A DNA stretch of 59,777 nucleotides, filler included, from Sphacelaria rigidula (GCA_964200075.2; 8 parts of 8 records of this genome joined end to end with filler, not necessarily neighbours in it); one strand, 5' to 3'; positions 24,382-37,299 are shown, counted from the first letter of the whole stretch. Notes: generated by a model from the sequence alone, not told the origin. A program made the numbers and translations.

Positions 24382-24892
24382 CGCTATCGTAGCATTAGTA
24401 GTTACTTCTTTAGCTGCGTATAGGTGGGCCAACTTACTTCATAATAGACGAGTTGAGGGACGCCATTTGTTCTTCCAATTGATGCTTGTTTGATGAGGAA
24501 TGTTACTCGAACTCGGAGTGTGCGGGAGGCAATTAAGTTTGTATTGGTATGTTCGGGTATCGCTGGCACTGACTTGGTGGTACGATTCCATGGATCTACC
24601 AGAAGTTCCGTCCTTGAGGTCCAAGTATCATTGCACTTGTTACATTCGTTCTTCCCAGCTACATCATCAATAATATATAGTACGTACTATGTACGGTACC
24701 TACGGGTAGAAGGTACCACTACTATGTGCGGATGATGATGCCGGGAATTCAGGTTCCAGAAGACGTCTTCCCTGCCTCCTCCGTCGTTCTTCAACCTAGA
24801 AACTACGAGACTGCATGAGTCATACAGTACTGTGGCGTTCTGAAAAACGCTCTCTGATGTAATGACCGAAACTCCTGGTCGTGACTTGGCAG

Positions 24893-25069
24893 ACCGGGGG
24901 GACTGGAACATCAGCACCCTTTTATGTGATGCTTCGGGCCTCACCGGCAACCGCGCCAATTGCTGGCAGCTTACGGGACAGGACGGGAAAGGACCCATCG
25001 ACGGGGAGTTTCGACTGCGGTTTAGGGAGAGTGAATGGACGGAGTGGCTACCCCACGGCGTGGAAGCCG
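24893..25069 (+). CDS. Exon of the same gene (DRGDWNISTLLCDASGLTG...IDGEFRLRF...TEWLPHGVEA)
   Basis: CAG/GT boundaries, phase 1-1, consistent with neighbouring exons. Confidence 0.78.
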
Positions 25070-25639
25070 GTGAATGCTAGGATCCCGACAGTGTTGACAG
25101 AAAACAGAGGGAATCATGTAGCGCGTGGAGCTGCTACAGAATTCCAAGTTCTACTCGTAAGCCAGCGCGAAACACGTGCTTTGAAACGGTGATAATATCG
25201 GTAAGGATGGATTGCATATGCGAAGTGACGATCTCACGAGGTGGGAGCCAGTATGCCATAGGATAGCTGTTGTAGTCTAGTTCTAAAACAATGATGATGA
25301 CTAGAGTGAAATCAAGGCAGAAACACTCGAGAGGTGCCGTAGCGTGCAGAGTACATGGTTGAGAGATGATCGCATGTTTAACCTACCAGACAAAACGAAC
25401 GCACGCGCGTAGGTGATTTCAAAGTCATGCTTGGGCAAACCACTCGTTGCAGTTGGAGAGCATGAAACAGGAGGCCAAGAAATGGGAAGCGCAGAAGTAG
25501 TCAACGACGCTGTTGCCACTGTCGTATGTTGACGACATACAACTGACGAACACGAATGCACATGGCACAATAACTCGAGTATACAACCGTAGTGACTGTA
25601 GGGGAGACCCTGTTAAACGCTACATAGGCGCTTACGATA

Positions 25640-26815
25640 GAGTACGATACTCCAGGCACTCTAGATTCCTAGCGTATTTGAAACTCTGATTTTCCCAGAG
25701 TACCGAAAACTGACTACTTCGGAGTACCCAGAGTTTCGACTCACCCATGGTACTGACTATTGTGTTCCAGGGTGCCTAGAATATCGGGTGCACTAAGTAT
25801 TCTGAGGATCTGGTAACTCGATTCCCGAAGTATACGGAGTATCGCAGGTTATTCCTTAAAGTCAACTGTGAGGAATACAGAGTATTTTTTACACCCGCGG
25901 ACATCGACATCCGAAGAGACGAACGAAGTACCTCAGGGTACCTTATTGGGTATGGACTCCCCGAAAACTCTGAGTGTTCTGGCTTTTCCTGGAACACCTA
26001 CCCTGGAATAAACCCTGAAAACAAAAACACTGAGCGATAATGTGTATTGTGTGGAGTACAGTGAACGTGCAGACATACATCAAGTTGCTTGGCGTCAGGA
26101 TGATACCGTGCGTCTACTGCGCGGTTTTTTATGATATTTCAATCATCAATTGTAAACTTCCAACTTCCAACTTTAGGTAAAACCGTGCCAAAATTCAGAC
26201 GTCTACCAAATTCCACACTTTAACGAAGCGACAGTACGGTATAGTACAGTGCCGTGAAGCGACGTGGCACGCAAACACCTGCAGATCATAGTAGTTAGTC
26301 AGCGCTCAGGGTAGCACACAGTTTCCGAAGTCATCAGTACCCCAGGGTACTTAGGGTCTCTACTGCCGAAAATATCGAGCATTTCGAAGAACCTGGAGTA
26401 CTCAAAAGCCGGAATGCTGGGTATTCGAAAGTACCTGGAGTATCGACTGCCGAAAGGATTGAGTATTACAGACTATCTGAAGTACTCGACCGTCGAACTA
26501 CTGAGTATCACAGAGCACCTAGAGTATCGACTACCGAAACACCGAGTATTTCATAGTACATTTCGCTGAAGTGCTGAGCATTCCAGAGTGCCTAGAGTAT
26601 TGACTATCGCGCGTACTGGGTATTGTAGAGTACGTGAAGTACTGGACTGTTGGGAAACTGAGTATCCCAGAGTAACTGGAGCTCCGGACAGCTGAAAATC
26701 CCCAAAAGATCCAGAGTGTCTGAAAATCTGGCTCCTTCGAATACTGAGGGTTGGGGAGTACCTGGAGTATCACCACCCCAGAGTACCCGTACTCGGACTG
26801 TACCCTATTCTAAGT
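25640..26815. repeat. Degenerate intronic satellite-like repeat (gagtac/gagtat..gactgccgaaa motifs)
   Basis: Many imperfect ~20-bp recurrences, interrupted at ~26010-26310. Confidence 0.6.
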
Positions 26816-26967
26816 ACCATTGAAACGTTACGATTAGTTTTCCGTCAGTCAACTCCATCTATCTGGCATATGAAAGATGATCGTAGACTGACTGTGATAC
26901 ATACTGGTGCTTGATAGGGCACCCTCTTTCATTTCCTGTCCTTGATATATTTGCTACCTTTGTCCAG

Positions 26968-27080
26968 CTGATGTGGAAACGGCCCTGCTGGGCTTGCAAA
27001 GCGTAGATGACTGCTCGGTATCCAGGACTGCTGAACCTGGAGCCGCCGGCCAGCACGTGTGGTCCATCACATTCCTCGAG
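26968..27080 (+). CDS. Exon of the same gene (ADVETALLGLQSVDDCSVSR...HVWSITFLE)
   Basis: CAG/GT boundaries, phase 1-0; second VxxALxxL...WxITF repeat. Confidence 0.8.
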
Positions 27081-27243
27081 GTGAAAATCCGTCTCGGCTG
27101 TTATGAAACTTGTGTCCGTCGTTCGAATAGCGAAGCAGCGGTGACATATGACACCAACTCGTCAACCTTCTACGCGCATTATATAACATTGAATCGTAAG
27201 CGTTGCTCGAGGCCTACCGACACCATTAGTTGTCAAAGCCATA

Positions 27244-27484
27244 TATTATGATTATGATTATGATTATGATTATGATTATGATTATGATTATGATTATGAC
27301 TATGATTATTATGATTATGATTACTATGATTATGATTATTACGATTATGATTACTATGATTATGATTACTATGATTATGATTACTATGATCATGATTATG
27401 ATGATTATGATGATTATGATTATTATGATTATGATTATTATTATGATTATTATTATGATTATTATTATTATTATTATGATGATG

Positions 27485-27530
<46 letters not shown>

Positions 27531-27725
27531 GGATTAAGATTAGGATTAAGATTAGGATTAGAATTATTATACTATTATTATACTATTATTATGATTGTGA
27601 TTATCAATATTATTATTATTATTATTATTATGATTATTACGATTATTATGATTATTATGATTATTATGATTATTATGATTATTATGATTATTATGATTAT
27701 TACGATGATTATTACGATTATTATT

Positions 27726-27779
<54 letters not shown>
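27244..27779. repeat. Compound microsatellite (ATTATG)n-(ATT)n-(GATTAG)n-(GATTATTAT)n-(GTT)n
   Basis: Direct reading. Confidence 0.97.
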
Positions 27780-28395
27780 ATTTCCGCACATTAGTCCGAT
27801 CTCTCGAACTCATGGTTATAGACGTAGGCCCGTCTTTCCAATACCGTCCCTTCTATTCCTGACAAGACATAGAGTCCCCCATCATTTTTATTTGAGACTC
27901 CAGCCTAATTACAGGAGCGGACATAATCAGCTAAAATACTACCAAAATAAAAATCAAATAGATACGCCAAGAAAAACATGAGGAGTAGCTTCCCCGAGTT
28001 CAACAGGATGAAAGAAAATCAGATCTGCTAGGAAAACCATGCCGACAGAAAAGAGAAAGAAAAGAACACTTGGTAATCCAATGTAGGGTGCGTTCAGACT
28101 GTCAAACGAGACCTACCATAGTAGCGCATACGGTCTAACGATCTTCAGATACCTAGAGGGTTATGTCATTAACGTAGTATCAGGTGGTGATGGAGTGATG
28201 TAAATTTACACTTCTGAAAATCGCATGTGTGAGCAGGGTATCATACCTGGTGATGAGACATAACCTCGTAGAACTAAAGGAGACAGTACTCGCAGGCTCG
28301 TTCGCTAGCTGTCGACTCTGCTTTCACTAGACGGATTTCTGGCTATATCAAAGCTCTTATGAGTAGTGCTCAATGGTTTTATTCGCTTCATCCAG

Positions 28396-28516
28396 GTACG
28401 AAAGCCTACGGACTTTGGCTTCGTGCTGGACGACATGGGGAACATGCCGGCGATTGAGGTGGACTCTGGCCGAATACGCGGCACGGAAGCCATGGTGGAT
28501 GTAAAGTACGCCTTCG
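28396..28516 (+). CDS. Exon of the same gene (VRKPTDFG...GNMPAIEVDSGRIRGTEAMVDV)
   Basis: CAG/GTGAGC boundaries, phase 0-1. Confidence 0.78.
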
Positions 28517-29244
28517 GTGAGCTGAAAGAGACGGATCTCGTTCTTTGAAACAAATTTCTGATGAACGCCTCTGGCGCTACTCGAAAGACGTGTCTCTGGT
28601 GATCGTTGTACCTGTAGAGCACGCAAACCGCCACAAGTGTATGTAGAAGACACCAAAAGCTTTTCATTTGTCGACGTGTAGGCAGTAATAGACGGCTTGC
28701 AAAGCACAACGGTGTACCGTAGAGATCATTCTCTGAATCGGGACGAGTTATCCATGATACCAGTCAACGCCTGGTTTGAGTAGAACACTTGGACCAAAGC
28801 GAACACAACGTAGGATAACCACGAACATTATATTTTGGGACATGGCCGGCCGAACTTCCGCTTGAAAGTTAAACCGCCGTATACGAGGTGGGAGACCATG
28901 TACGCCCTTGGCGACCCGTGCTAGAATACAGGCAGCGTGCAGATTACAGGAACCAGGTGAACCAGATACTCTGTCAAAAACGATATTTGAAGAGACGACC
29001 TGTGGAAGGAAGAGACTACCACAGATGTCAGCACACCTACATCATCTCTTGATGACGTAGACCATATTTGCACGGCATCTAGCACGTCCAAAGATGGTCG
29101 AAGAGTGCTCTGCCCCATGTGCTGTGCTTTATGTTTCTTCTTGAGCTCCACGCAAACTGTGCCTCTATTGAAAACAACGAGTAGAACCCTGTTGTTGATC
29201 TACAGTGTATCACCCGAACCTTCTCCATACTTCATGTTTTGCAG

Positions 29245-29369
29245 GTGGAGACATGGACTACGCCCAGTGGGAGGGCAAGCAGATGGGAGCTTACGGTGAG
29301 GGTACGGGGGCTGCTTACGTGTTCTCCAGATCCGCGGCCGTCGAGGGCTATGTTTGGGAGCAAGACCAG
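29245..29369 (+). CDS. Exon of the same gene with FG-GAP/integrin-alpha propeller-like motif (GTGAAYVFSR...WEQ)
   Basis: CAG/GTGAGG boundaries, phase 1-0; GAAYVFxR...WxQ motif. Confidence 0.78.
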
Positions 29370-29734
29370 GTGAGGATGGATATCGATGCGGTTGGGTCCC
29401 AGAGTGATATGGGGTTGTGGTAGCGAGAGTTTACAGTGCACGGTTTCAGAAATTCGCTCTAGAAAGCCCATCTGATAGTGCATTGCCGAACGTGTGACTG
29501 CAACAGGAGGATATTCTACTATTGCTAGAATGCACTGTATTGCACTTGGCCCTCCCGCTATACGAGACGCACTTGGGGGCATAGTCGGAAATTGCTTTAT
29601 TTTACATATGCCAATTGCGTGCCACGGTTACAATGCGCTTGCCTTGAGATACTGATTACTTGAATCACGCCCCGCCTCGACCTTTGGACGCATTCCACTT
29701 GAAAACGGTGTTCATCCCCCTCCCCCCCCCCCAA

Positions 29735-29800
29735 GCTCCGTCTCGAAAGGGATGCGTGGTCAATGGTCGAACGACTAAGGCAAGCAACAAGTGAGTACGC
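29735..29800. repeat. 66-bp G-tract-associated element
   Basis: Full copy flanked on both sides by CCCCCTCCCCCCCC. Confidence 0.9.
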
Positions 29801-29940
29801 CCCCCTCCCCCCCCGCGATCGCGAGGTCAATGGTCTGATGNNNNNNNNNNNNNNNNNNNNNNNNNNNNNNNNNNNNNNNNNNNNTTAATTAATTAANNNN
29901 NNNNNNNNNNNNNNNNNNNNNNNNNNNNNNNNNNNNNNNN

Positions 29941-30185
29941 CGGAGGATATTTCACCAAAATAGGCATTGAAATCTCGAAATACCGTGGTATCGTAGGTAT
30001 CGTAGGTGTGGGTTTTGAAAATACCCGATTGGGCAGGTACGGTAGGTACTGGTATCTCGACATACCGTGGCATCGTAGGTATCGTAGGTACGGGTTTTGA
30101 GAATATCCGATTAGGTCGGGTCTCGGTCGGGCATGAGATGTTCCAAATACCAGTACCGCGTACCTGCCTTACCCTCTATACCGAT
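29941..30185. repeat. gtatcgtagg/ggtacggtagg minisatellite-bearing repeat (second copy 31121-31555)
   Basis: Shared motifs and shared end gatgttccaaatacc.gtaccg.gtacct.cc.tacc in both blocks. Confidence 0.8.
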
Positions 30186-30967
30186 TCCAAAACCGAATCG
30201 CTCATTTTTGTTGAATTGGGTCAAAGCGAATTGTCAAGCTTTCGATCGAAAAAATGCAGCGAAATTTGTGAAACGGTACATGGTCACTCGCGTACAGTGT
30301 CCATGAGGGTGTACACACCTTGGTTGCCCATCGCACCACGCAGTTCCGTCGCTGATCCCACCATGAAAGTAGATGCGCAAGTTTCCGCTGACAAAAAATG
30401 AACACATGCTACCCAACTACTGTAGTGTATCTTTACCTGTGCTTGACTCGTACTCGATACTGCAGGGTTGCGGTGGTAGCTGAGAATGGGTTGGCTGGAG
30501 CTTCCATGGTTCTGTGAACGGGTGTTATTTGGCATGGTGGTCTGTCAGTTAGGGGTCAAGTGCCGCTTCGTGCCTTTTCGATCGAAAAAGCTCAGCTTTT
30601 TTGCTTCGAAACTTTTGACTGCGCGCCACTAGTTAAAAATTTGAGTTGAAGCCTTATAAGAACAGAAATGCGGTGAACCTATCAGATCGAGAAAAAAATC
30701 GATTGCACTTCAGACTAGATAATAATGAGGTCATTCGAATTGATCCAAACACGAAAATCAGGGAGGTCTGGGTATATATTATACTTGTGAAAAAAAGACG
30801 TACCTGCTCCGACAACTTCTGGCCTTTGCGTAAGTTGGGACCAGCTGCTGCACCGTGGGGAGTGCATCGCGTCCGATATTTACCGGATATACTTTCGTCT
30901 TGGGGTGGGGGGGGGGGGGGGGGGGGGGGGGGGTGGGTTGAGGGGGGGGGTTTGGGGGGGGGGGGTG

Positions 30968-31004
<37 letters not shown>

Positions 31005-31120
31005 GGGTGGGGGGGGGGGAGGGGGGGGGGGGGGGGGGAGCGGTTGATGTCACAGTGCGGGCATTTGCGATGAGGATCATGTTTCAGACATTTTTTTTAG
31101 GGCAAATATACTCAGGTAAT

Positions 31121-31555
31121 CACCGGGGTATCGCGTGGGTATCGTAGGTATGAGTTTTGAAATACCCGATTGAGCCGGTACGGTAGGTATTGGAATCTCG
31201 AAATTCCGTGGTATCGTAGGTATCGTAGGTATCGTGGGTACGTATGAGTTTTGGAAATACCCGATTAAGCGGGTACGGTAGGTATCGTAGGTATGAGTTT
31301 TGAAAATACCTGATTGAGCGGGTACGGTAGGCATTGAAATCTCGGAATACCGTAGTATCGTGGGTAATGTAGGTCCGACATTTGAAAATACTCGATTGGT
31401 CAGGTACGGTAGGTATTGACACCTCGCAATACCGTGGTATCGTCGGTATCGTAGGCATGATATTCGAAAATACCCGAGTGGACTGGTATCGGTAGGGTAT
31501 GCGATGTTCCAAATACCGGTACCGGGTACCTACCCTACCTACTCGTACGGTGCCT
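31121..31555. repeat. gtatcgtagg minisatellite-bearing repeat
   Basis: Repeated ~50-80-bp units ttttgaaaatacccgatt..ggtacggtagg..taccgtggtatcgtagg. Confidence 0.85.
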
Positions 31556-34500
31556 GTGAAACTTTTCCTCAGGCATTGAGTTTGACGGTTACAAACCTGC
31601 ACACCTACACCTTAACCGCGAAATTAGTCTTTCTGGATCATGCATACTCTTTTTCAATTGAAATTGATGCCGATTCAACAGAAGACTAACCTCGCGGTCT
31701 AAGGGTTAACCCACCTACGGAGTCAAATGCCGGGACGTTTATGATACATGATACAGCAGTAGCGCGTTGCAGCCTCTGGACACGCGCCGGCAAGGCTTTG
31801 CCAATAAACTGGGAAAACATCGATGTGCTGGCCGCGTCACCCGTCAATTTAAACTCGACTGACCAGACCTGCCAATTGACAGCCTGAAGTATTACAGTAC
31901 AGTTCAAAGTAGGGTTACGATACCCCACGAACGAGCTCGCGTACCGTATCAGAGGGGCATGCGTTCAGTTTTTATAGGATACCAGTACGCATGTCTACCT
32001 CACCTGCGGGTTGTAATGCGGCTACATTTCCGCGTGTGCTTGGCGTGCGGCTCTAGGACTGACGTTGTGACATTCATGAGGTGTTCGAAGACATGCACTT
32101 CACATCGTAACTGTTCCACAATTGTTTGTTTACTGTGCAGTACTACTACACCAGGTAGTACGTTTCGTATGTCCATCTGGACGGTGTGGGGAGAATTTAA
32201 AATGAAATAGATACCAGTATACTCATGAAGGGGGATCGACCACCGTCTTGCCCTGTCTTGCCCGTAACATAGGGTCACACGGTGCGTATCTAACGTTATG
32301 CGCCCCTCTCTAGTCAGCGCTTATGTAAGACGTGGGAATATGACCGAATGAGCCACCAATTGGATAGGTTAGGTAAGCTCCACGTTAGAGCGACGCCAAC
32401 ACATCAACCGTGCGGACTGTTGTCATGTCCAGCAGGATTTACACGCGGAAGATTCAAACGGAGTTGATAATGGTGAATGCGCTGGCGACCCATCATAAAA
32501 ACGACATGAACTCCGGGGAGCACCTACCGAATTTTGTGTAACGCAGGACAATCGTCCTCGACTGTTTTGTATTTTCTTGAACAGCCGTGTCATGTACTTA
32601 CCTCGAGCAGCCTTTGCTGGATGCGCTACGCAATACCCCGCCACTTCCAGCGAAAGCTTGTGGGAATTCTGTGCCACGGCGTCGGAGGGCAAACTCACAA
32701 CACTGCGAGGTGCGGTATTTGTTGACTTCTCCCAATCGAGACGAGGCGTCCACTTGGGTGACTGCACGAACGCCAACACCGAGCGAGACGCATATGTTCC
32801 TCCCGCAGCTAAAAAAGCCGTCCACTGAGCACCCCACATCACCAGTCAACTCATGAGTGACAACGTCGGTTGGACATCTATCTCCTTCAGCTGGCCGGGA
32901 ATACAGTGAAAGCGAATTTTCTAGTCATAATCCATTTCGATCGATATTAAACATGTAATCAATCAATCAATCAAGATCAATCAATCAATGTAGCCAGCCT
33001 CGAGCCAGCACTTCAAAACGCCAAAACATCATTATCTTCGCCATAATTCTTGAGGTTAGGAAAAACACGTATTTGTGGCGTGATTACTTTCGAATGTAAT
33101 AATGTTTCTGGAGATATGTTGGACTCGGGGCTCCTGGTATATTTGGCTGTAAAATACAACAGTGTTGTTCATTTTGGATAATATGGAAGGATTCGTGGAT
33201 TCGATGTGTACCTTCCAGTAGATAGGGTCATATTCCGAAGGTTTCATTGTCTGAGACCAAGCGATCTAGGGAAGAGGGGCGGACACTTCCAGCATCAAGA
33301 GCTCGCCTCACGGGCGATCGGCGGACGTGAAGAAAGCTGGATCGCTTGCAAGGTATGTAACAGCATAGGTTGCAAGCGACTTCTACCGGGAAAACGTGCC
33401 GTCCCGGTAGTGCACGACGAAGTTCTTGAAGGGTTATGGACATGAGGGCCCCACCCCTTCTGCTCTCTCTGAACACATGTGATACAGTACAGCACATCAT
33501 ATACTGCGTGCCGCCTGTGTTAGAGACTGCGCACAACCCCCAGCAGTGACGCCTGTAGCGGCAGAACGTGCTCGATGCACAGCAGAAATGTGCAAGGTGA
33601 TATGGCACACCGCATCCTTCATATATCTCTGCCCTGCAGTGATTTTCACCTGTCTTCCGCAGTTTACCACAAAATGTACCCAGCCGCTTGTTATGTCGTT
33701 CATGTGTACAGGGAATACCACCCGTCGCAGGTCCAGATTTTCGTAACCCGACCGTCTTGCCTTTGGAATAATCGTGTGTTGTATCGTTAGTATGCACTGT
33801 ACAGAAATGCCCACATGGCATGGAGAGGGCACGGTGCCGTATTACAGTCTTACGCCAAAAAAAAAGAATCGGAACATAATCCGACATCTTTTCGCCCCAA
33901 TACGCACGCACACACTGCGCAACCCCGGATTCAGCAAGATCGGGTTGTTGTCTGTAGTCTACATGACATGTGGTTGAAGTTTCAGTACGTAAAAGCACTA
34001 ACAGCGCTTGCACGGCCGTGTCTCCTGAAGTGAGCACCTCTACAGGCGATACCAAGATAGGTACCGCGTAGTATGACATCATCCAGAGTGTGCGCAATAC
34101 GGATAGGTGTGTTCGTCTGCCGGGGCAGGAGCCACCCAGCAGGAAGTGAGCGTATCTGCGTGTCACGCGAAATTTGCCCTGTGTACGTTTTGGGTAGTCA
34201 GGGGATATGCGGTAGTGCGGTAGTGCTATCTCTTCTGTTCTAGGCGGTCCAAAGTGCTAGCGTCGAGCGATATTGGGGAGACTAGGAGATCGGGCCCACC
34301 ACACAATGCTGAATTGGTGTTGTCAGGATCATACGGAGTAAGTGCCGTGTTCATGGGGGGTGTTTTAGACCGTCGCCGGTCGTCACAAAACACGGCATTT
34401 TACAAATTGGAGATGGATTTTGATATTGAAGCCGCTTCTTGTAGACTGACGAAAGGGTCTGAGTCAAGTCGTTGCGGCCAATTTCCAGAGACTTCAGCGA

Positions 34501-34744
34501 CAATGCGACGTTATAGGGCTATTTTTAAGGAAAATATGCATGGGGAAACTGATCTGAATTCTCAGACAGCGATTTTTCCAAATATCTCGTGGAAAAGGAA
34601 TCGATTCCCAGAGATTCTTTTCTGTCTGAGATTTGACGTTCCATCACACACTCCTCGCACACCGCACCCGCGATGGTACAGTCAGAGCTACATGACACAC
34701 TCGTCGCATACAAGTGTAGTGCAGTAAGTGAAAAATTTGCGTCG

Positions 34745-35059
34745 TAGGTACTGTACGCCTTACAAGTTTGGATCCTGATAGCCGGCATGTTGGGGCCGCA
34801 GTGAAGAAACAATTTTGGGGAGTTGAGATGATCCGAGAAGATGGCCGAAATTCACAGGAATTGGTTTTGCACCTAGGACTCCAATATTTCCGTTATCGAG
34901 ATCAAAATTAGTATGGCGTGTAGTACTTGTCAACAGCTACCAGCAAGTGCAGAAATCTGATCATACTCGGAATATTGGATGTTGATACGAAGATTTTTTA
35001 TTCTCTGGGTTAGGCATCCTCGAGAAGGACACCATCCCCAACGTGTGAAAACCCGTGTT
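34745..35059. mobile_element. Old, left-truncated copy of the 444-bp AACAC foldback family
   Basis: Aligns by eye to the centre and right arm (tatggcgtgtag..ttgtcaacagc..tgttgatacgaag..catccccaa..cccgtgtt). Confidence 0.7.
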
Positions 35060-36075
35060 ATACGACAGTTTTGCGTCTCTGGCGCGATCATAGGCGAGGT
35101 CAAAATAAGTATTCCTTTTCGTTCGTTCTCAAAACCGTATAGATCGTCCCATTCGAGCCAAAACACTAGAGGGTTAGGTAGTATCTCCCGATTCCCACCC
35201 CATGTGACGAACCCGTAAGTGGGGTAAACGGCGGCACGCGCGAACACTTGCGGGCATCCCTCACTACGGAAACACTTGAAAGATTCCCGACTTTGAAAGT
35301 TTATTAGGGTAGGGTATCGGGAGAAACAGAGGTCCACACGGTAGTCACGCCGTTCAAGAATATTATCCGTGGACCTACCCGTCTTCGAGGAAATATGGCC
35401 GGGTAGGAAGGAAAAAGCGAGTAAGATTAACAAAAAAACGGATGAGCCACCGAAAAAACGCCCAGGTTTTCTTTCCACCATGTCCAGGACTACAGAAAGG
35501 TATTGCAAGGTGTCGAAATGTCGCCGGCTCTCTTTTAAGGCGTCAAGTGACGTACACGCTCTACTAAGGGCACTGTTGCATATTCCTATTTGACTCTGCC
35601 ATTAAGACCGGCGGCGCGTAGGTATATCGTATCGCGAAATGCGGAAATCCCCACAACGGAAATTGTGTCACCGACCTCTGCATGATATGGGGGGGGGATG
35701 TGAATTGCGGCCGATCGCTGTCGACGGAATTAGCAGACATGCTCCACATGTGTGCGGAGACTCATCGTCCCTTTCCGTCCTTGAAAATGTGCGCAGGAAG
35801 CGGTAATTCCCGCGGAAGACATGCGCACAGCATTGCAGAGGGGCGACCGCCATGTAGTGACGGTGCAGGGGGCGGCGGTGGAGCGGGCGGCAGAGCCGGT
35901 CGATCGATGCTAACCGCGGTCGAATGCACGCCTACCGCCGGCGGGTGTCGGACACCGTAGCGGGACGCTACAACACGCGGCGCCGACAACTGCGGATCTC
36001 CTGTGGCTTCTCCGTGGCCAGACGGCAGGCGCAGAAGCGCTCGCCGCCAGTCCGCACTCCGGAGGGGGAGCGGCG

Positions 36076-37299
36076 ATGAACTGCGAGAGGGGTTTCTCCT
36101 GGGGCTTGAAGGGCGAACGCATGCTAACTCGCCCCCTCCTTCTAGGCAGCAGGACGTTGGGCGCCAGCCGGCGCGTGCTCGCACGCGGCGACCGCCACCA
36201 TGCGGGAAGGCGGTGTGTGGGTCTGCAGACACATGGAGTGGGCGGTGCGGCGTGTGCACCGGAAACCCTCCCCATTCGAGTCAATTGCTGTGTACCGCTT
36301 GCCACCGCCCACCCTGATTCACTTCCGCCACGGATAGGGCATTTCGGCACCTGGGCGATGACGCCGCCGTGGCGGAAGCGGCGGCATTGTGGGATCGGAT
36401 CCAAAACTCCGGGGAGGCGGCAGACAGTGCGGTGGTGGACGGTTGGGTGCCCTGCAGAATGCCTCTGCACCGCACCTGACTGCTCCTTGAACCTGCGGAA
36501 GAATATGCAGCGGAGGCAGGTGGACGCGCGGAGGACGTGCACACTGTGCGGGCGACGAGAGTTGAGGGAGCGCAGGAGACCCGGTCGTCACGTGCGAGTA
36601 ATGGAACCATATTTTCGATCGAACGCCGCGCGTACAGACCACTTCGCCGCAACCGGCAATATCTTGCATGTCGACAGCGTCATTTGCGGTGCGTGTGCAG
36701 AGGATTTCTGGGCGAAGGGGGCGGCGACAGTGCTGGCGAAGGCAGAGGATGGGAGGTGGACAGTGCAGCAGTACCGCCTGCACCTCGACTCTGCCGACCG
36801 CCCCGCGGAGGGTACGGTCCCTTGTGCTCGCCGCATGGCCCTGCAAGCGGTGGTAACGGAGCTTGCAAATGGGCGCACGGTCCATCTCGCCGATGGGATT
36901 GACATCCTCCGAAACGCTCGCGCCGAGGCAGGTGTTGAAGACATTACCGATCGCTCCTTGAGGCACGGCACCATGGACCTGTTCAAGGATGTGACAACAA
37001 CGACGGGCGACACTTGCAGCGTGGTCTGCTCCGGAGAGGACGCGGGGGGTGACGACAGGTGTAGGTTTCATGTTGTCGTGCCTTCCAGAGTAGATCCCCA
37101 ATGGGTGGGAGCTCTTTACCGCAGAGAACGCCATCTCCGGCGCCGGCTTGAGGATCTTGTCGGGGATCCGGCACACGAGGACACGCAGAGTAGTCGCCCG
37201 CACGTGCGCCGAAGAGGGCTCTTGGGCGCGGAGCCCCCTCCCCCTTCCGCCCACTGCTCCGTCTCGAAAGGGATGCGTGGTCAATGGTCAAACGACTAA
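36076..37299 (+). CDS. Intronless GC-rich Cys-containing ORF of unknown function, possibly transposon-borne; 3' end disrupted
   Basis: 407-codon open frame with CTLC and CGAC pairs; runs into the 66-bp repeat at 37256. Start codon uncertain. Confidence 0.4.
   Translation: MNCERGFSWGLKGERMLTRPLLLGSRTLGASRRVLARGDRHHAGRRCVGLQTHGVGGAACAPETLPIRVNCCVPLATAHPDSLPPRIGHFGTWAMTPPWRKRRHCGIGSKTPGRRQTVRWWTVGCPAECLCTAPDCSLNLRKNMQRRQVDARRTCTLCGRRELRERRRPGRHVRVMEPYFRSNAARTDHFAATGNILHVDSVICGACAEDFWAKGAATVLAKAEDGRWTVQQYRLHLDSADRPAEGTVPCARRMALQAVVTELANGRTVHLADGIDILRNARAEAGVEDITDRSLRHGTMDLFKDVTTTTGDTCSVVCSGEDAGGDDRCRFHVVVPSRVDPQWVGALYRRERHLRRRLEDLVGDPAHEDTQSSRPHVRRRGLLGAEPPPPSAHCSVSKGMRGQWSND

Noticed and set aside
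27230..27862. 210-aa Ile/Met/Tyr/Cys ORF
   Set aside because: Translation of an intronic microsatellite.
2137..29369. Functional cluster of TDP1, tyrosinase-like, coilin-like and FG-GAP genes
   Set aside because: Each lies on a different unlinked contig.
29735..29840. Hammerhead or HDV ribozyme in the 66-bp element
   Set aside because: No CUGANGA core and no HDV pseudoknot could be assembled; the ctgatg at the contig end is truncated and uninformative.
30902..31040. Poly-Gly/poly-Pro ORFs or a G-quadruplex locus
   Set aside because: Low-complexity G-run, probably unreliable in length and sequence; no coding evidence.
33228..34166. 312-aa minus-strand ORF
   Set aside because: No recognisable motif; composition looks like a shadow frame.
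34930..35508. 192-aa minus-strand ORF
   Set aside because: Overlaps a MITE arm and has no recognisable domain.
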